A DNA stretch of 35,298 bases from positions 49,741 to 85,038 of the forward strand of contig CAZWKB010000004.1 of the NCBI GenBank assembly GCA_964633925.1. The letters are read 5' to 3'. Below, one piece after another: positions 18,561 to 27,476 of the stretch. Numbering within the stretch: position 1 is the first letter of the stretch; every line of letters starts with the position of its first letter. The translations under genes were made by a program, and so were the position numbers. The notes beneath the pieces were generated by a model. It searched no databases. It saw nothing but the letters and a program-made list of their open reading frames with translations, and was not told the origin of the DNA. This stretch comes from an uncultured bacterium (GTDB lineage Bacteria > Margulisbacteria > WOR-1 > JAKLHX01).

Positions 18561-18914
18561 ATGGAACATCTAACATTGGAATCATTTAAGGAAAAGGTTT
18601 TTGATTTTGAAAAGAATAAGGAATGGACATTTGAAGGAGACAAACCGGCAATAATTGATTTTTATGCTGATTGGTGCGGTCCATGCAAAATGGTTGCTCC
18701 TGTTCTCGATCAGCTTTCAAAAGAGTTTGAAGGGAAGGTTGATATTTACAAAGTTAATACCGAAGACCAACAGGAGTTAGCAGGTATGTTTGGAATAATG
18801 AGCATTCCTTCAATATTATTCATCCCTATGAATGAAAAACCGCAAATGACGCAGGGCGCATTACCAAAACAGGCATTTGTCGACGCAATAAAAGACGTTT
18901 TGAAAATAATATAA
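18561..18914 (+). CDS. trxA: Thioredoxin
   Basis: ATG 18561 follows AAAGGAGG, and the active site is WCGPC. The longer track ORF (18474) reads through the repeat and is rejected. Confidence 0.85.
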   Translation: MEHLTLESFKEKVFDFEKNKEWTFEGDKPAIIDFYADWCGPCKMVAPVLDQLSKEFEGKVDIYKVNTEDQQELAGMFGIMSIPSILFIPMNEKPQMTQGALPKQAFVDAIKDVLKII

Positions 18915-18958
18915 GATACTATTTATAATTTATTATTCATTATTCATTATTTATTATT

Positions 18959-18982
18959 GTAGAGGCGTATTGCATACGCCCC
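18959..18982 (+). repeat. REP-like GTAG-headed hairpin, family 2 variant (copy E)
   Basis: GTAGAGGCGTAT-tgc-ATACGCCCC. Confidence 0.75.
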
Positions 18983-18991
18983 TGTCTCATC

Positions 18992-19015
18992 GTAGAGACG
19001 CATTGAATGCGTCTC
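18992..19015 (+). repeat. REP-like GTAG-headed hairpin, family 2 (copy F)
   Basis: GTAGAGACGCAT-tga-ATGCGTCTC, a 9-bp stem that includes the last G of GTAG. Confidence 0.8.
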
Positions 19016-19041
19016 ATAAATTCACAGAAAGGTAAATAAAC

Positions 19042-19233
19042 ATGCCAACGGTAATAGAACGTCGATGCCCTCAAAATCATATTTGTCCATGTGTAAGAAT
19101 TTGTCCTGTGAAGGCAATAACACAGAACGGATATGCAGCTCCTGTTATAGATATGAAGATCTGTATAGAATGCGGGAAATGCACCAGAATGTGCCCCATG
19201 GGTGCCATTGTACTATCTGATAGAAGTTCTTAA
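19042..19233 (+). CDS. Small 4Fe-4S ferredoxin-domain protein
   Basis: Canonical second cluster motif CIECGKCTRMCP and an atypical first motif CPQNHICPCVRICP. Confidence 0.7.
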   Translation: MPTVIERRCPQNHICPCVRICPVKAITQNGYAAPVIDMKICIECGKCTRMCPMGAIVLSDRSS

Positions 19234-20133
19234 AATAGCCTGAGGACAAACTGCGATACATTTCATGCACATAATGCATTCAGTTGATTTTACTCTTGAG
19301 TTTGCTTTTACATATTCAGGAATATTTATTCCCATCGGGCAGTTCTCTGAACATGTTCCGCAGTTTGTACAGCTTTTATTATCTCCTTTTATGCGAAGGA
19401 TAGTGAATCTGCTTGAGGCCTTAAGTATAGGGGCAATAGGGCAGAGATATTTGCAAAAAGCCCTGTTGTCTTTAAACTTAATAGCAAGGATTATCCCTGT
19501 TGCATAATACAAAGCATTCCCAACTAGAAACCATATTAGTTCTGTTGTAGTTCCCATAGAGTTTTTCAAAGACTCCGCATCGGTCTGGACAAAGGCATAT
19601 TTTACGACAAAAAATAGAAATGCAACTGTGGCAAAAGACAATGCAAAGTGTATATATCTGTAATAACCCGGCATTTTCGCCTGATTGTTCTCCGTTTTTT
19701 TATATGGTAAAAGGTCAAAGATCATAGCTGACCAGCATCCCCAGCCGCACCAGTTCCTGCTAAAAAATATAGGCCCGAAAACTTTGGCTATACAATAATG
19801 TACGATGACTCCGCTCAATGTGCCTGACAAAAGATAAAAGAAAAATCCTTCGATCTGCAGATTGCTGCTGCTGAATATTCCGGCGAACAAAAAGAGCATA
19901 GTGCCTATTAAAAACATGGAGGTCATTCTTGCTTTCCTTTTGTGCTTATCAGGAAGCAGACCGAACATTGTCATTGCTATTATTTGTATGAGTGCAACAG
20001 TTATGAATACAGGCACTGCACTGGCATCTTTCATAACAAAAATGAAGAATAATACGACAAGCAAAAATCCCATCGCGATGCTCAGTGGCGCGCTCAAATA
20101 TGCTGATAATTTTGGTTTTATATCGTTTTTCAT
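19213..20133 (-). CDS. Integral-membrane 4Fe-4S polyferredoxin (NapH/MauN-like)
   Basis: Strong SD (AAGGAG), about 6 TM segments, the motifs CGWGC and CPIAP, and C-terminal CTNCGTCSENCP / CIMCMKCIAVCP. Confidence 0.75.
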   Translation of the reverse strand: MKNDIKPKLSAYLSAPLSIAMGFLLVVLFFIFVMKDASAVPVFITVALIQIIAMTMFGLLPDKHKRKARMTSMFLIGTMLFLFAGIFSSSNLQIEGFFFYLLSGTLSGVIVHYCIAKVFGPIFFSRNWCGWGCWSAMIFDLLPYKKTENNQAKMPGYYRYIHFALSFATVAFLFFVVKYAFVQTDAESLKNSMGTTTELIWFLVGNALYYATGIILAIKFKDNRAFCKYLCPIAPILKASSRFTILRIKGDNKSCTNCGTCSENCPMGINIPEYVKANSRVKSTECIMCMKCIAVCPQAILRTSIR

Positions 20134-20337
20134 TTATTTCTCCTTGCTGTTTTTTACGATAATACCAAATATTATATGCCATGGCAATGCACGCATACAC
20201 AAAAAAGATAAAGGGTGGGGGACATTATTCCAAAACCAACAGCGAGCTTATCAACAAGCTTTCTTCCTGACAGCTCTATTTGTATTATTTAATATTCCCA
20301 TTCCTTAAGGATCAAACGCCAATTCGATAAAATAAAT

Positions 20338-20361
20338 GTAGCCCCACGCCATGGCGTGGGG
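20338..20361 (+). repeat. REP-like GTAG-headed hairpin, family 3 (copy I)
   Basis: Identical to copy H over about 34 nt (ATGTAGCCCCACGCCATGGCGTGGGGAATCAATA). It is followed by a partial duplicate ATGGCGTGTGGAA and a second hairpin AAGGCC-gca-GGCCTT (20385-20399). Confidence 0.85.
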
Positions 20362-20405
20362 AATCAATAAATGGCGTGTGGAACAAGGCCGCAGGCCTTT
20401 AACAC

Positions 20406-20436
20406 ATTGACACCCCGTGTCAATATGTTGTATCAT
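20406..20436 (+). promoter_or_regulatory. Candidate promoter with a palindromic operator over the -35 box
   Basis: TTGACA (20407-20412), an 18-nt spacer, then TATCAT (20431-20436). The inverted repeat ATTGACAC-ccc-GTGTCAAT (20406-20424) overlaps the -35 box. Confidence 0.4.
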
Positions 20437-20441
20437 AGTTC

Positions 20442-20455
20442 TTGGGTCTTTTGGG
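20442..20455 (+). promoter_or_regulatory. TTGGGTCTTTTGGG motif, copy 1 (5' leader of the regulator gene)
   Basis: An exact 14-mer that is repeated at 21197-21210. It is internally a direct repeat, TTGGG-N4-TTGGG. Confidence 0.3.
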
Positions 20456-20468
20456 GAAGCCCCTAATT

Positions 20469-21173
20469 ATGGAAATTACACAAAGACAAAAAGAATTTTT
20501 AGATAAGTTATTAGATCTGTATAATATGGCAGGGCAACCTGTTCATTACACCACTATCGCGGAAAAACTCGGAATAAGTAAATGGTCGGCTTACGACATG
20601 ATGAAGCTTCTTGAAAAAAAAGGGCTCGCAAAAACTGAATATAATGTACCTGAATTGGGGCGTGGAGGTGGCAGGTCATCAGTAGTTTTTTCCCCCACGC
20701 AAAAGAGCGAAGAAATGATGACCCGTCTTGCTGAAGGGGATCCCGATGCTACTCAGTGGGCTCTGGTGAAAGAGAAGATCCTGACCAATATATCAAAACT
20801 GGAAGGGACCGAGTACGAAAAACTGTTAAATGAAATTACAGAGCAAAATCTATATCAAAAGGATGCTCTTTTATATTGCACAAATATGACAACAGCTTTG
20901 CTTTTGGTAATAAGAGGATTCAGAGATAAGCTAAAGGGAGGAATTCCTGTAAGAGAAATTCTTGAAGAGACTCCAAAGGTAAATGTGAAATTACTTAAGC
21001 TGATGGGACTTACAATAGGGCTTTCTCTAACAGGATTGAAAGCAAAATCAAGATTAGTAAAATTACTTGGCCAGTCAAAAAAATATGAATCAATGGTTCA
21101 AGACATGGACGCAAAGAGGTTGAAAATGCTCTCAGAATTCCTTGACGAAGCTGCAAAAAAACTGCTGGATTAA
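20469..21173 (+). CDS. Putative winged-helix transcriptional regulator with a helical C-terminal domain
   Basis: HYTTIAEKLGISKWSAYDMMKLLEKKGLA is a MarR/DtxR-like wHTH. ATG 20469 is preferred over TTG 20442. Confidence 0.6.
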   Translation: MEITQRQKEFLDKLLDLYNMAGQPVHYTTIAEKLGISKWSAYDMMKLLEKKGLAKTEYNVPELGRGGGRSSVVFSPTQKSEEMMTRLAEGDPDATQWALVKEKILTNISKLEGTEYEKLLNEITEQNLYQKDALLYCTNMTTALLLVIRGFRDKLKGGIPVREILEETPKVNVKLLKLMGLTIGLSLTGLKAKSRLVKLLGQSKKYESMVQDMDAKRLKMLSEFLDEAAKKLLD

Positions 21174-21196
21174 CGTTGCTTTTTTTTGTTTAGCTT

Positions 21197-21210
21197 TTGG
21201 GTCTTTTGGG
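21197..21210 (+). promoter_or_regulatory. TTGGGTCTTTTGGG motif, copy 2 (upstream of the second tolC)
   Basis: An exact copy of 20442-20455, ending 66 nt upstream of ATG 21276. Confidence 0.3.
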
Positions 21211-21275
21211 TGGTAAGTTAGAGTAGAAAGGAGATTGATTTGTGGTTAATAAATTTATAAAAGGAGTGTTGAAAA

Positions 21276-22772
21276 ATGATGAATAGAAAAATAGCCGTAT
21301 GTCTTTTTTTGGGATTGTTGTTTGTCGTTCCTGTTCAGGCTCAAAATGTGAAGGAAATTTCCCTTGAGACAGCATTGCATAAAATAATTGAAAACAATCT
21401 TACTGCGGGCATTTTAAAATATGAAGTGAAGCAGGCAGATTCCGATTATGAGAGGTCTCAGACAAAATATTCTCCTTTTATCAATGCTTCCGCTTCCCAT
21501 CAGTATAGTGACATGGACCTTTCGGGTATGTCTCCTGCGCTTGATGCTATGTATGGGGCAAAATATTCTGCTAATGAAGCTGCTATAAATATTGGACAGA
21601 CATTCAAAACCGGAACCTCCGTGGTTGGCGGGTACAAATATTCTAATATGGATTTTTCAAAAGCTCCTGCAGCAATGACAGGTTATCCAACTACCTGGAA
21701 TAATCCAACGGCATTTATTCAAGTCAAACAGGCTTTGTTAAAAAACGGTTTTGGATATTCGGAGGCAATGCAGGAAGAGCTGTTAAAGAATCAGAGAGAC
21801 AGCAAACAAATAGCTTCTAAGTATCAATTATCAGGACTGATGGTTTCCGGAATATTCGACTATTTCACGGTTACAGAAAAACAAAGAAAACTATTTGCAG
21901 CCCAGAGTGAACTTTCCTCATACAAAAAAATCTATGATGCTGTGAAAGACAACGTGTCTTTCGGACTTTATGAAAAATATAATTTATATCAGTTCAATGC
22001 TCTAATATCAGGTTCGCAAGCAAAACTGGCCGGAGCTGAATTGAATTATAAAAAAGCGACTCACAAATTACTTTGTGATCTCAATATGCCGGAAAGTAAG
22101 GAAGATTCTATATCTCTCGTAAGCGTTGATGAGTCTCTTCATAAATATGATGTTGTATCTCTTTATGAAACAGCACTTAAAAAAAGAGCGGATATATTGC
22201 AGGCAAAACTAGCTCTCGACAGTGCCGAAAAACAGGTAAAAATGATTGACAATCAGGCCCTTCCTGATGCCCAACTGGAGCTGCAGGGAGTTGACGAAAG
22301 ACTAAATGCTGCAAGCACGGGTTCAAACGCTCTAAAATATCTTAATTGGAGTGCCAAGGTCTCGGTAACAAAATTATTATCGGATACTGATAGTTCCATT
22401 AAACAGCGCAATGCAAAATATCAGCTTGAGCAGGCAAAGTTGCAATATCAAAATCTGAAAAATCAGATAAAATATGAAGTTGCTGATGGTGTTGAAACTA
22501 TACAAACGGCATATATCGGAGTAGAAAAAACAAAAGAGATGGTAAGAGACAGTGACTTATATTTAAATGCATTGCAAAAACGTTTAAGACAGGGCAAGCT
22601 TAGCACTGTCGAACTAAAAAACGCTGTTGATATGACCGTAGCTGCTAATAATGCCTACTCAGAGGCAGTAACGGGATATAACATGGCACAACTTAACCTT
22701 GATCTTGTAACTAATACAATATTTGAAAAATACCATCTTGATATAAATAAAGCAGTAGGAGGGATAAAATAA
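21276..22772 (+). CDS. TolC-family outer-membrane efflux protein (second copy)
   Basis: SD AAAGGAG, signal peptide MMNRKIAVCLFLGLLFVVPVQA, and OEP-type duplicated repeats. Confidence 0.8.
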   Translation: MMNRKIAVCLFLGLLFVVPVQAQNVKEISLETALHKIIENNLTAGILKYEVKQADSDYERSQTKYSPFINASASHQYSDMDLSGMSPALDAMYGAKYSANEAAINIGQTFKTGTSVVGGYKYSNMDFSKAPAAMTGYPTTWNNPTAFIQVKQALLKNGFGYSEAMQEELLKNQRDSKQIASKYQLSGLMVSGIFDYFTVTEKQRKLFAAQSELSSYKKIYDAVKDNVSFGLYEKYNLYQFNALISGSQAKLAGAELNYKKATHKLLCDLNMPESKEDSISLVSVDESLHKYDVVSLYETALKKRADILQAKLALDSAEKQVKMIDNQALPDAQLELQGVDERLNAASTGSNALKYLNWSAKVSVTKLLSDTDSSIKQRNAKYQLEQAKLQYQNLKNQIKYEVADGVETIQTAYIGVEKTKEMVRDSDLYLNALQKRLRQGKLSTVELKNAVDMTVAANNAYSEAVTGYNMAQLNLDLVTNTIFEKYHLDINKAVGGIK

Positions 22773-25700
22773 TGAAAACTATAATAGATTTTCTTATTAA
22801 ACAAAAGATGACGGTTTTCTTGTTTGTGATAGCGATCCTTGTTGCCGGATACTTTGCAATTACTTCTATTAATAAAGAATCGTTTCCGGAAGTTTGCCTG
22901 GACATGGTCGTTGTTCAGACAATATATCCAGGAGCCTCACCTGATGAGCTGGAAAATCTTGTCTCGATCCCTATAGAGAAAAAACTCAGAGAGATAAGCG
23001 GCATAAGCAAAGTTGTTGATTTTAATATTGATAATTGTTCTGTGGTTCTCGTGTCTCTTGATGAAGGCTTATCGACAGGTAAACGTTCCAAGATCGTTGA
23101 TGATATTAAGAGCTCCGTAAATGATATAAAAGATTTTCCTTCCACTGTAAAAAAACCGGAAGTGACCGAGATCACTACGGAAAAAACTCAAGTATTGGAT
23201 ATTGCTTTAGTTTCAAACAAACAGGGAGATTCCGCCTATGCGGAGCTGCTTTCAACAGCAAAGAACTTGCGTGAAAAACTATTATTTGTAGATGGTGTGG
23301 CAGAGGTGAAAAAGAATGGATACAATGATCGTCAATATTTGGTAGAAGTAAACCCTGCATCTCTGCGGGATTTTCGTATCGGACTCAATCTGGTACTCTA
23401 CAAACTGGCAACAAGAAATATCAATCTTCCCGGTGGGGTGCTTCGTGTAGGGGATAATGAGTTCGTGCTTCGTACTACCGGAGAGTTTAAAGGTATAGAT
23501 GATATCAGGAATATGGTTATTTTCTCAAACGATGCCGGTTATGTAACAAGATTAAGGGATATTGCCAAAGTTACTGATACTTTCAAAGAAACAGAAATTA
23601 TTCATAGGTTCAACGGTACAGATGCTATAGTTCTTTCCGTAAATAAAAAGCAGATTGCAGACACCATAAAAACGGCGGATAAAATAAAGGGTCTTATGGA
23701 GATTGAAAACAAAAATCTTCCCAATGGGATATCGGCTTATGAATTTAATGATATGAGCCGTTTTGTAAAAGTGCGTTTGTCTGCGTTGATCATAAACTCG
23801 TTGATTGGTTTTGCTCTTTTACTCATAATTTTGGTGTTGATGCTCGGCTATCGCATGTCTGCAATTGTCAGTGTCAGTATTCCTGTAACATTCATGATCT
23901 CTTTTATTTGCATGAAAGCACTTGGGATTACTCTGAATATTGTAAGTATGTTCGCTCTTGTAATGGTTCTCGGCATGGTTGTCGATTTTTCAGTCATAGT
24001 TTGTGAAAACACTTATCGTCACATGGAAAAAGGGCTGAAACGTCGTGATGCTGTTGAAAAAGGTCTAATAGAAATCCTTCCTGCAATGACAACGACAATG
24101 ATTTGTATTGTAGTTGCATTCGCTCCGTTATTATTTGTTACAGGGCTTGTAGGCAAGTTCATTTATGCAATTCCGGCAGTTATTATTATCTGTCTAATTG
24201 CTTCTTTTCTTTGTGCTGTTCTGGTCATTCCTGCAATACTTGACTCTTTTGCAAAGCTGAATAAGAAACATATTGCAGAGTTAAAAAAACAAAAAACATC
24301 GGGTCCGAGTCTTTACCGAAGGCTACTGTCCTTCATTGTAAAACGTCGCTACTGGGCTGTTGCCACTCTGTTGCTTGTTTCTTTTATCGTTATGTTTGCT
24401 GCTGTCCATTATTCAAGTTTTGTTTTTATGAATGGGGCATCAGAGTTAATTGTGATCAAAACAAAAATGCCAAAAAGTACAAGTCTTGAGGCAAATAAAA
24501 GAGCCATCCTTCCGATCGAAAAGATCGTTAAGGATATATATCCAAAATCGATAGTTGAAAATTATTATACATTTATAGGGATTCAGGAAGGGGGCAAGAC
24601 AGACAAGATTCTTGATATGTCTCCAAAGGATGGGACATCCAAGGGTTCTATTCATCTCAATCTTTGTCCGGAGGATGAACGCTCGATAAAGGGAGAAGAA
24701 ATCCTTGAGACGGTACGCAAGAAAATTGATGAAGCTCAAAAACGCGGAAAAATCGATTCTCGCATGGAGATCAAATATGGAATAAGCAGGGTAGGTTTGC
24801 CTGTAGGAACTGCTGTCAATGTTGAAATTAGAGGAAACGATTATGATGTCATGAAAAAGATGGCCGATGAATACAAAGAATATTTGTCTTCAATAAAAGG
24901 GATAGAAGATATTTATGATGATCTGGAGCAGGGAAAAGAGGAATATCATTATACTATCAATGAAGAAAAGGCAAGCCGTGCCGGATTGTCTATGCAGGAA
25001 GCTTCTCAGGCTCTCTACGCTTCATTCAAAGGTGTTGCTGCAACAACACTAAATCAGGGCGATGAAAAAGTTGAAGTTCTTGTGCGTTTTCCGGATTGGG
25101 CGCGCCGTCAGTCAAGCAGCCTAAATGATGTTATGGTCTCAAATGCTTATGGCGCAGTGATCCCGTTGAGCGAGATCACTTCATATACAAAGCAGACAGG
25201 GGTTTCGATGATAAGCCGCAAAAATTATATGCGCATTGTTCAGGTCAAAGCTAATGTAGACGGTAAGAATCTCACTTCTATGACGGCAAATGGCATGCTA
25301 AAAAAACACTTCAAAGATATTGAATCTCGATATCCGGGTTATGTTGTAAATTATGCCGGAGAGCAGGAAGATTCAGAAAAGAGCTTAAAGAGTTTGGGCG
25401 TTTTATTCATATTTGCAATTGTCCTGATATACATGATAATTGCAGCTTTCTTCAATTCTTTATCTCTGCCGATCGTAGTAATGATTTGTATCCCGTTTTC
25501 TCTTGTTGGTATTTGTCTGGCTCTTTTTATGCATGGGAATCAACCCCTGACATTTATGTCAATACTTGGTTTCTTCAGTCTTGCCAGTATTATTGTCAGC
25601 AATACATTGGTGCTGGTGCAGTTTATTATTAATGCCCGCGAGCATGGAATGACTGTGACCGAAGCAGTTGTAGAGGGAAGTGCCGCTCGTATACGTCCGA

Positions 25701-25888
25701 TATTTTTAACAAGCGGAGTTGTTGTGTTAGGTCTCATACCGACAATTTATGGCATAGGAGGAAAAGACGAATTCGTAGTCCCTCTTGCAATGGCCTTTGG
25801 TTATGGTTTATTATTTGCTACTATACTGACTCTTGTAATTGTTCCGTGTTTTTATCATATATGGAGTGATATTAAAGGTGAAAAATAG
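22772..25888 (+). CDS. RND efflux permease (AcrB/HAE-type, 1038 aa; second copy)
   Basis: The start overlaps the tolC stop by 1 nt. Motifs include TIYPGASPDELE, GMVVDFSVIVCENT and RIRPIFLTS. It has 12 TM segments plus two periplasmic loops. Confidence 0.9.
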   Translation: MKTIIDFLIKQKMTVFLFVIAILVAGYFAITSINKESFPEVCLDMVVVQTIYPGASPDELENLVSIPIEKKLREISGISKVVDFNIDNCSVVLVSLDEGLSTGKRSKIVDDIKSSVNDIKDFPSTVKKPEVTEITTEKTQVLDIALVSNKQGDSAYAELLSTAKNLREKLLFVDGVAEVKKNGYNDRQYLVEVNPASLRDFRIGLNLVLYKLATRNINLPGGVLRVGDNEFVLRTTGEFKGIDDIRNMVIFSNDAGYVTRLRDIAKVTDTFKETEIIHRFNGTDAIVLSVNKKQIADTIKTADKIKGLMEIENKNLPNGISAYEFNDMSRFVKVRLSALIINSLIGFALLLIILVLMLGYRMSAIVSVSIPVTFMISFICMKALGITLNIVSMFALVMVLGMVVDFSVIVCENTYRHMEKGLKRRDAVEKGLIEILPAMTTTMICIVVAFAPLLFVTGLVGKFIYAIPAVIIICLIASFLCAVLVIPAILDSFAKLNKKHIAELKKQKTSGPSLYRRLLSFIVKRRYWAVATLLLVSFIVMFAAVHYSSFVFMNGASELIVIKTKMPKSTSLEANKRAILPIEKIVKDIYPKSIVENYYTFIGIQEGGKTDKILDMSPKDGTSKGSIHLNLCPEDERSIKGEEILETVRKKIDEAQKRGKIDSRMEIKYGISRVGLPVGTAVNVEIRGNDYDVMKKMADEYKEYLSSIKGIEDIYDDLEQGKEEYHYTINEEKASRAGLSMQEASQALYASFKGVAATTLNQGDEKVEVLVRFPDWARRQSSSLNDVMVSNAYGAVIPLSEITSYTKQTGVSMISRKNYMRIVQVKANVDGKNLTSMTANGMLKKHFKDIESRYPGYVVNYAGEQEDSEKSLKSLGVLFIFAIVLIYMIIAAFFNSLSLPIVVMICIPFSLVGICLALFMHGNQPLTFMSILGFFSLASIIVSNTLVLVQFIINAREHGMTVTEAVVEGSAARIRPIFLTSGVVVLGLIPTIYGIGGKDEFVVPLAMAFGYGLLFATILTLVIVPCFYHIWSDIKGEK

Positions 25889-27476
25889 AGAATGGTTTTT
25901 AGTATTAATATTAATACTATTACCTTTATTCTTATTCGGTTTTAATCTTGGGCTTCCCAGTTTGTGGGATGAATCTGAAGCCATGTATTGCGAAGTCGCC
26001 AGAGAGATCCTTCAGACTGGGGACTGGATCACTATGCATTTCAATTTTCAGGAGTGGTTTATCCACCCTCCGTTTTACATGTGGCTTACAGCGTTAACGG
26101 CAAAATTTATCGGCTGGAGCGAACTTGTTTGCAGACTTTGGGCTGCCATATTTGGTGTCGGATCAGTACTCGCAACATATTATTTAGGCAAGGATTTATT
26201 TCAAAAGAAGGTCGGATTCTTTGCAGGGCTGATCATGGCAACAACGCTTCAGATAATCATTGCTTCTCGTATTGGAGTAATGGACAGCGCCTTGAACTTT
26301 TTGGTGACGATCTCAATCCTGTTGTTTTACAAAGGTAACAAAACAGGCAAAGACATATATTATTTGTTAGGTGTGATTGCTGCTTCATTTGCCGTTTTAA
26401 CCAAAGGACCAATAGGTATTATTTTGCCTGTACTAATAGCTTTCGTATATTTGTTGTTGGCAAAAGAATTCAAGAGCTTAAAATTTGCGATGCTATTGAA
26501 GGCGGCTGCTGTTTTTTTAATAATAGTTGCTCCATGGTATATAGCAGAGTACCTGCGTCATGGTGGTGAATTCATAAAATATTGCTTTGGATATCAATCG
26601 TTTGGAAGGTTTTTCGGATCTGTCGAGGCTCAGTCTGGCCCATGGTATTACTATCTGGGAATAATCCCTCTGGGTTTTTTGCCATGGACGGCTTTTTTAC
26701 CGGCATCTCTGATCCAATTATTTAGATCAAGAGCAAAAAAGGAATCATTATTACTTTTTGTCTGGATGGTAGTTGTGTTGGTTTTGTTTTCAGTTGCGGG
26801 AACAAAACTGCCAAATTATATTCTCTTTATTTATCCGGCATTATCCATAGTTGTGGCAAAATTTGTATGCGACTATATTTATAAAGACGGGGAGCAATCC
26901 ATTGTAAAAGGGATGCATTTTTCCTTTGTCCTTCTATTACTAATAGTTTCTTTAATGGTTTTTGCAGCTTACAGATACTTGCAATTCGGTCTGCAGGTAG
27001 AATACATTGAAAACGCCCACATTTTTTCTGCTTTGGCTTATGTTGTTATCATTGGGACATCCTTATCTTTTGTCTTGTTTTTGTTTGGCAAAAAAAGATA
27101 CAGTGCTTTCCTGGCAATAATTTTTACTGTGTGCTTAATGATTTGGACTTTGTCTGTCGATATTCTTCCTGTGATAGAGCAGTACAAGCCAATTAAGGCA
27201 TTGGCAACAGAAGTGAAGGGGTTAATGCATCACGATGAACAATTAGCATGCTATAAAACCTCAAGAATTGCCAGTATCGTATATTACATGGGCAGTCCCG
27301 TTATTTGGATTGAAAAGGAAGACTCTCTCAATGCATTTGTTGAACAGAAGAATGATATATATTATTATATTATGAGAAAAAATGATTACAGCGAATTAAA
27401 AAATAAAAAATCTCTGTATTTAATAGGTCAAAAGGCGGACATGTTGCTCTTATCAAAAAAGAAAGGATCGAATTAG
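25839..27476 (+). CDS. PMT/ArnT-type polyprenyl-phosphate-sugar-dependent glycosyltransferase (GT39/GT83-like)
   Basis: LWDESEAMYCEVAREILQTGDW...HPPFYMWL is the typical DE loop plus multi-TM architecture. The start is uncertain: TTG 25839, GTG 25866 or GTG 25878, all overlapping the RND 3' end. Confidence 0.8.
   Translation: MFRVFIIYGVILKVKNREWFLVLILILLPLFLFGFNLGLPSLWDESEAMYCEVAREILQTGDWITMHFNFQEWFIHPPFYMWLTALTAKFIGWSELVCRLWAAIFGVGSVLATYYLGKDLFQKKVGFFAGLIMATTLQIIIASRIGVMDSALNFLVTISILLFYKGNKTGKDIYYLLGVIAASFAVLTKGPIGIILPVLIAFVYLLLAKEFKSLKFAMLLKAAAVFLIIVAPWYIAEYLRHGGEFIKYCFGYQSFGRFFGSVEAQSGPWYYYLGIIPLGFLPWTAFLPASLIQLFRSRAKKESLLLFVWMVVVLVLFSVAGTKLPNYILFIYPALSIVVAKFVCDYIYKDGEQSIVKGMHFSFVLLLLIVSLMVFAAYRYLQFGLQVEYIENAHIFSALAYVVIIGTSLSFVLFLFGKKRYSAFLAIIFTVCLMIWTLSVDILPVIEQYKPIKALATEVKGLMHHDEQLACYKTSRIASIVYYMGSPVIWIEKEDSLNAFVEQKNDIYYYIMRKNDYSELKNKKSLYLIGQKADMLLLSKKKGSN

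Noticed and set aside
19862-20308. 148-aa + strand ORF across the polyferredoxin 5' end
   Set aside because: It is antisense to the SD-supported membrane polyferredoxin gene and continues into the intergenic region. No motif supports it.
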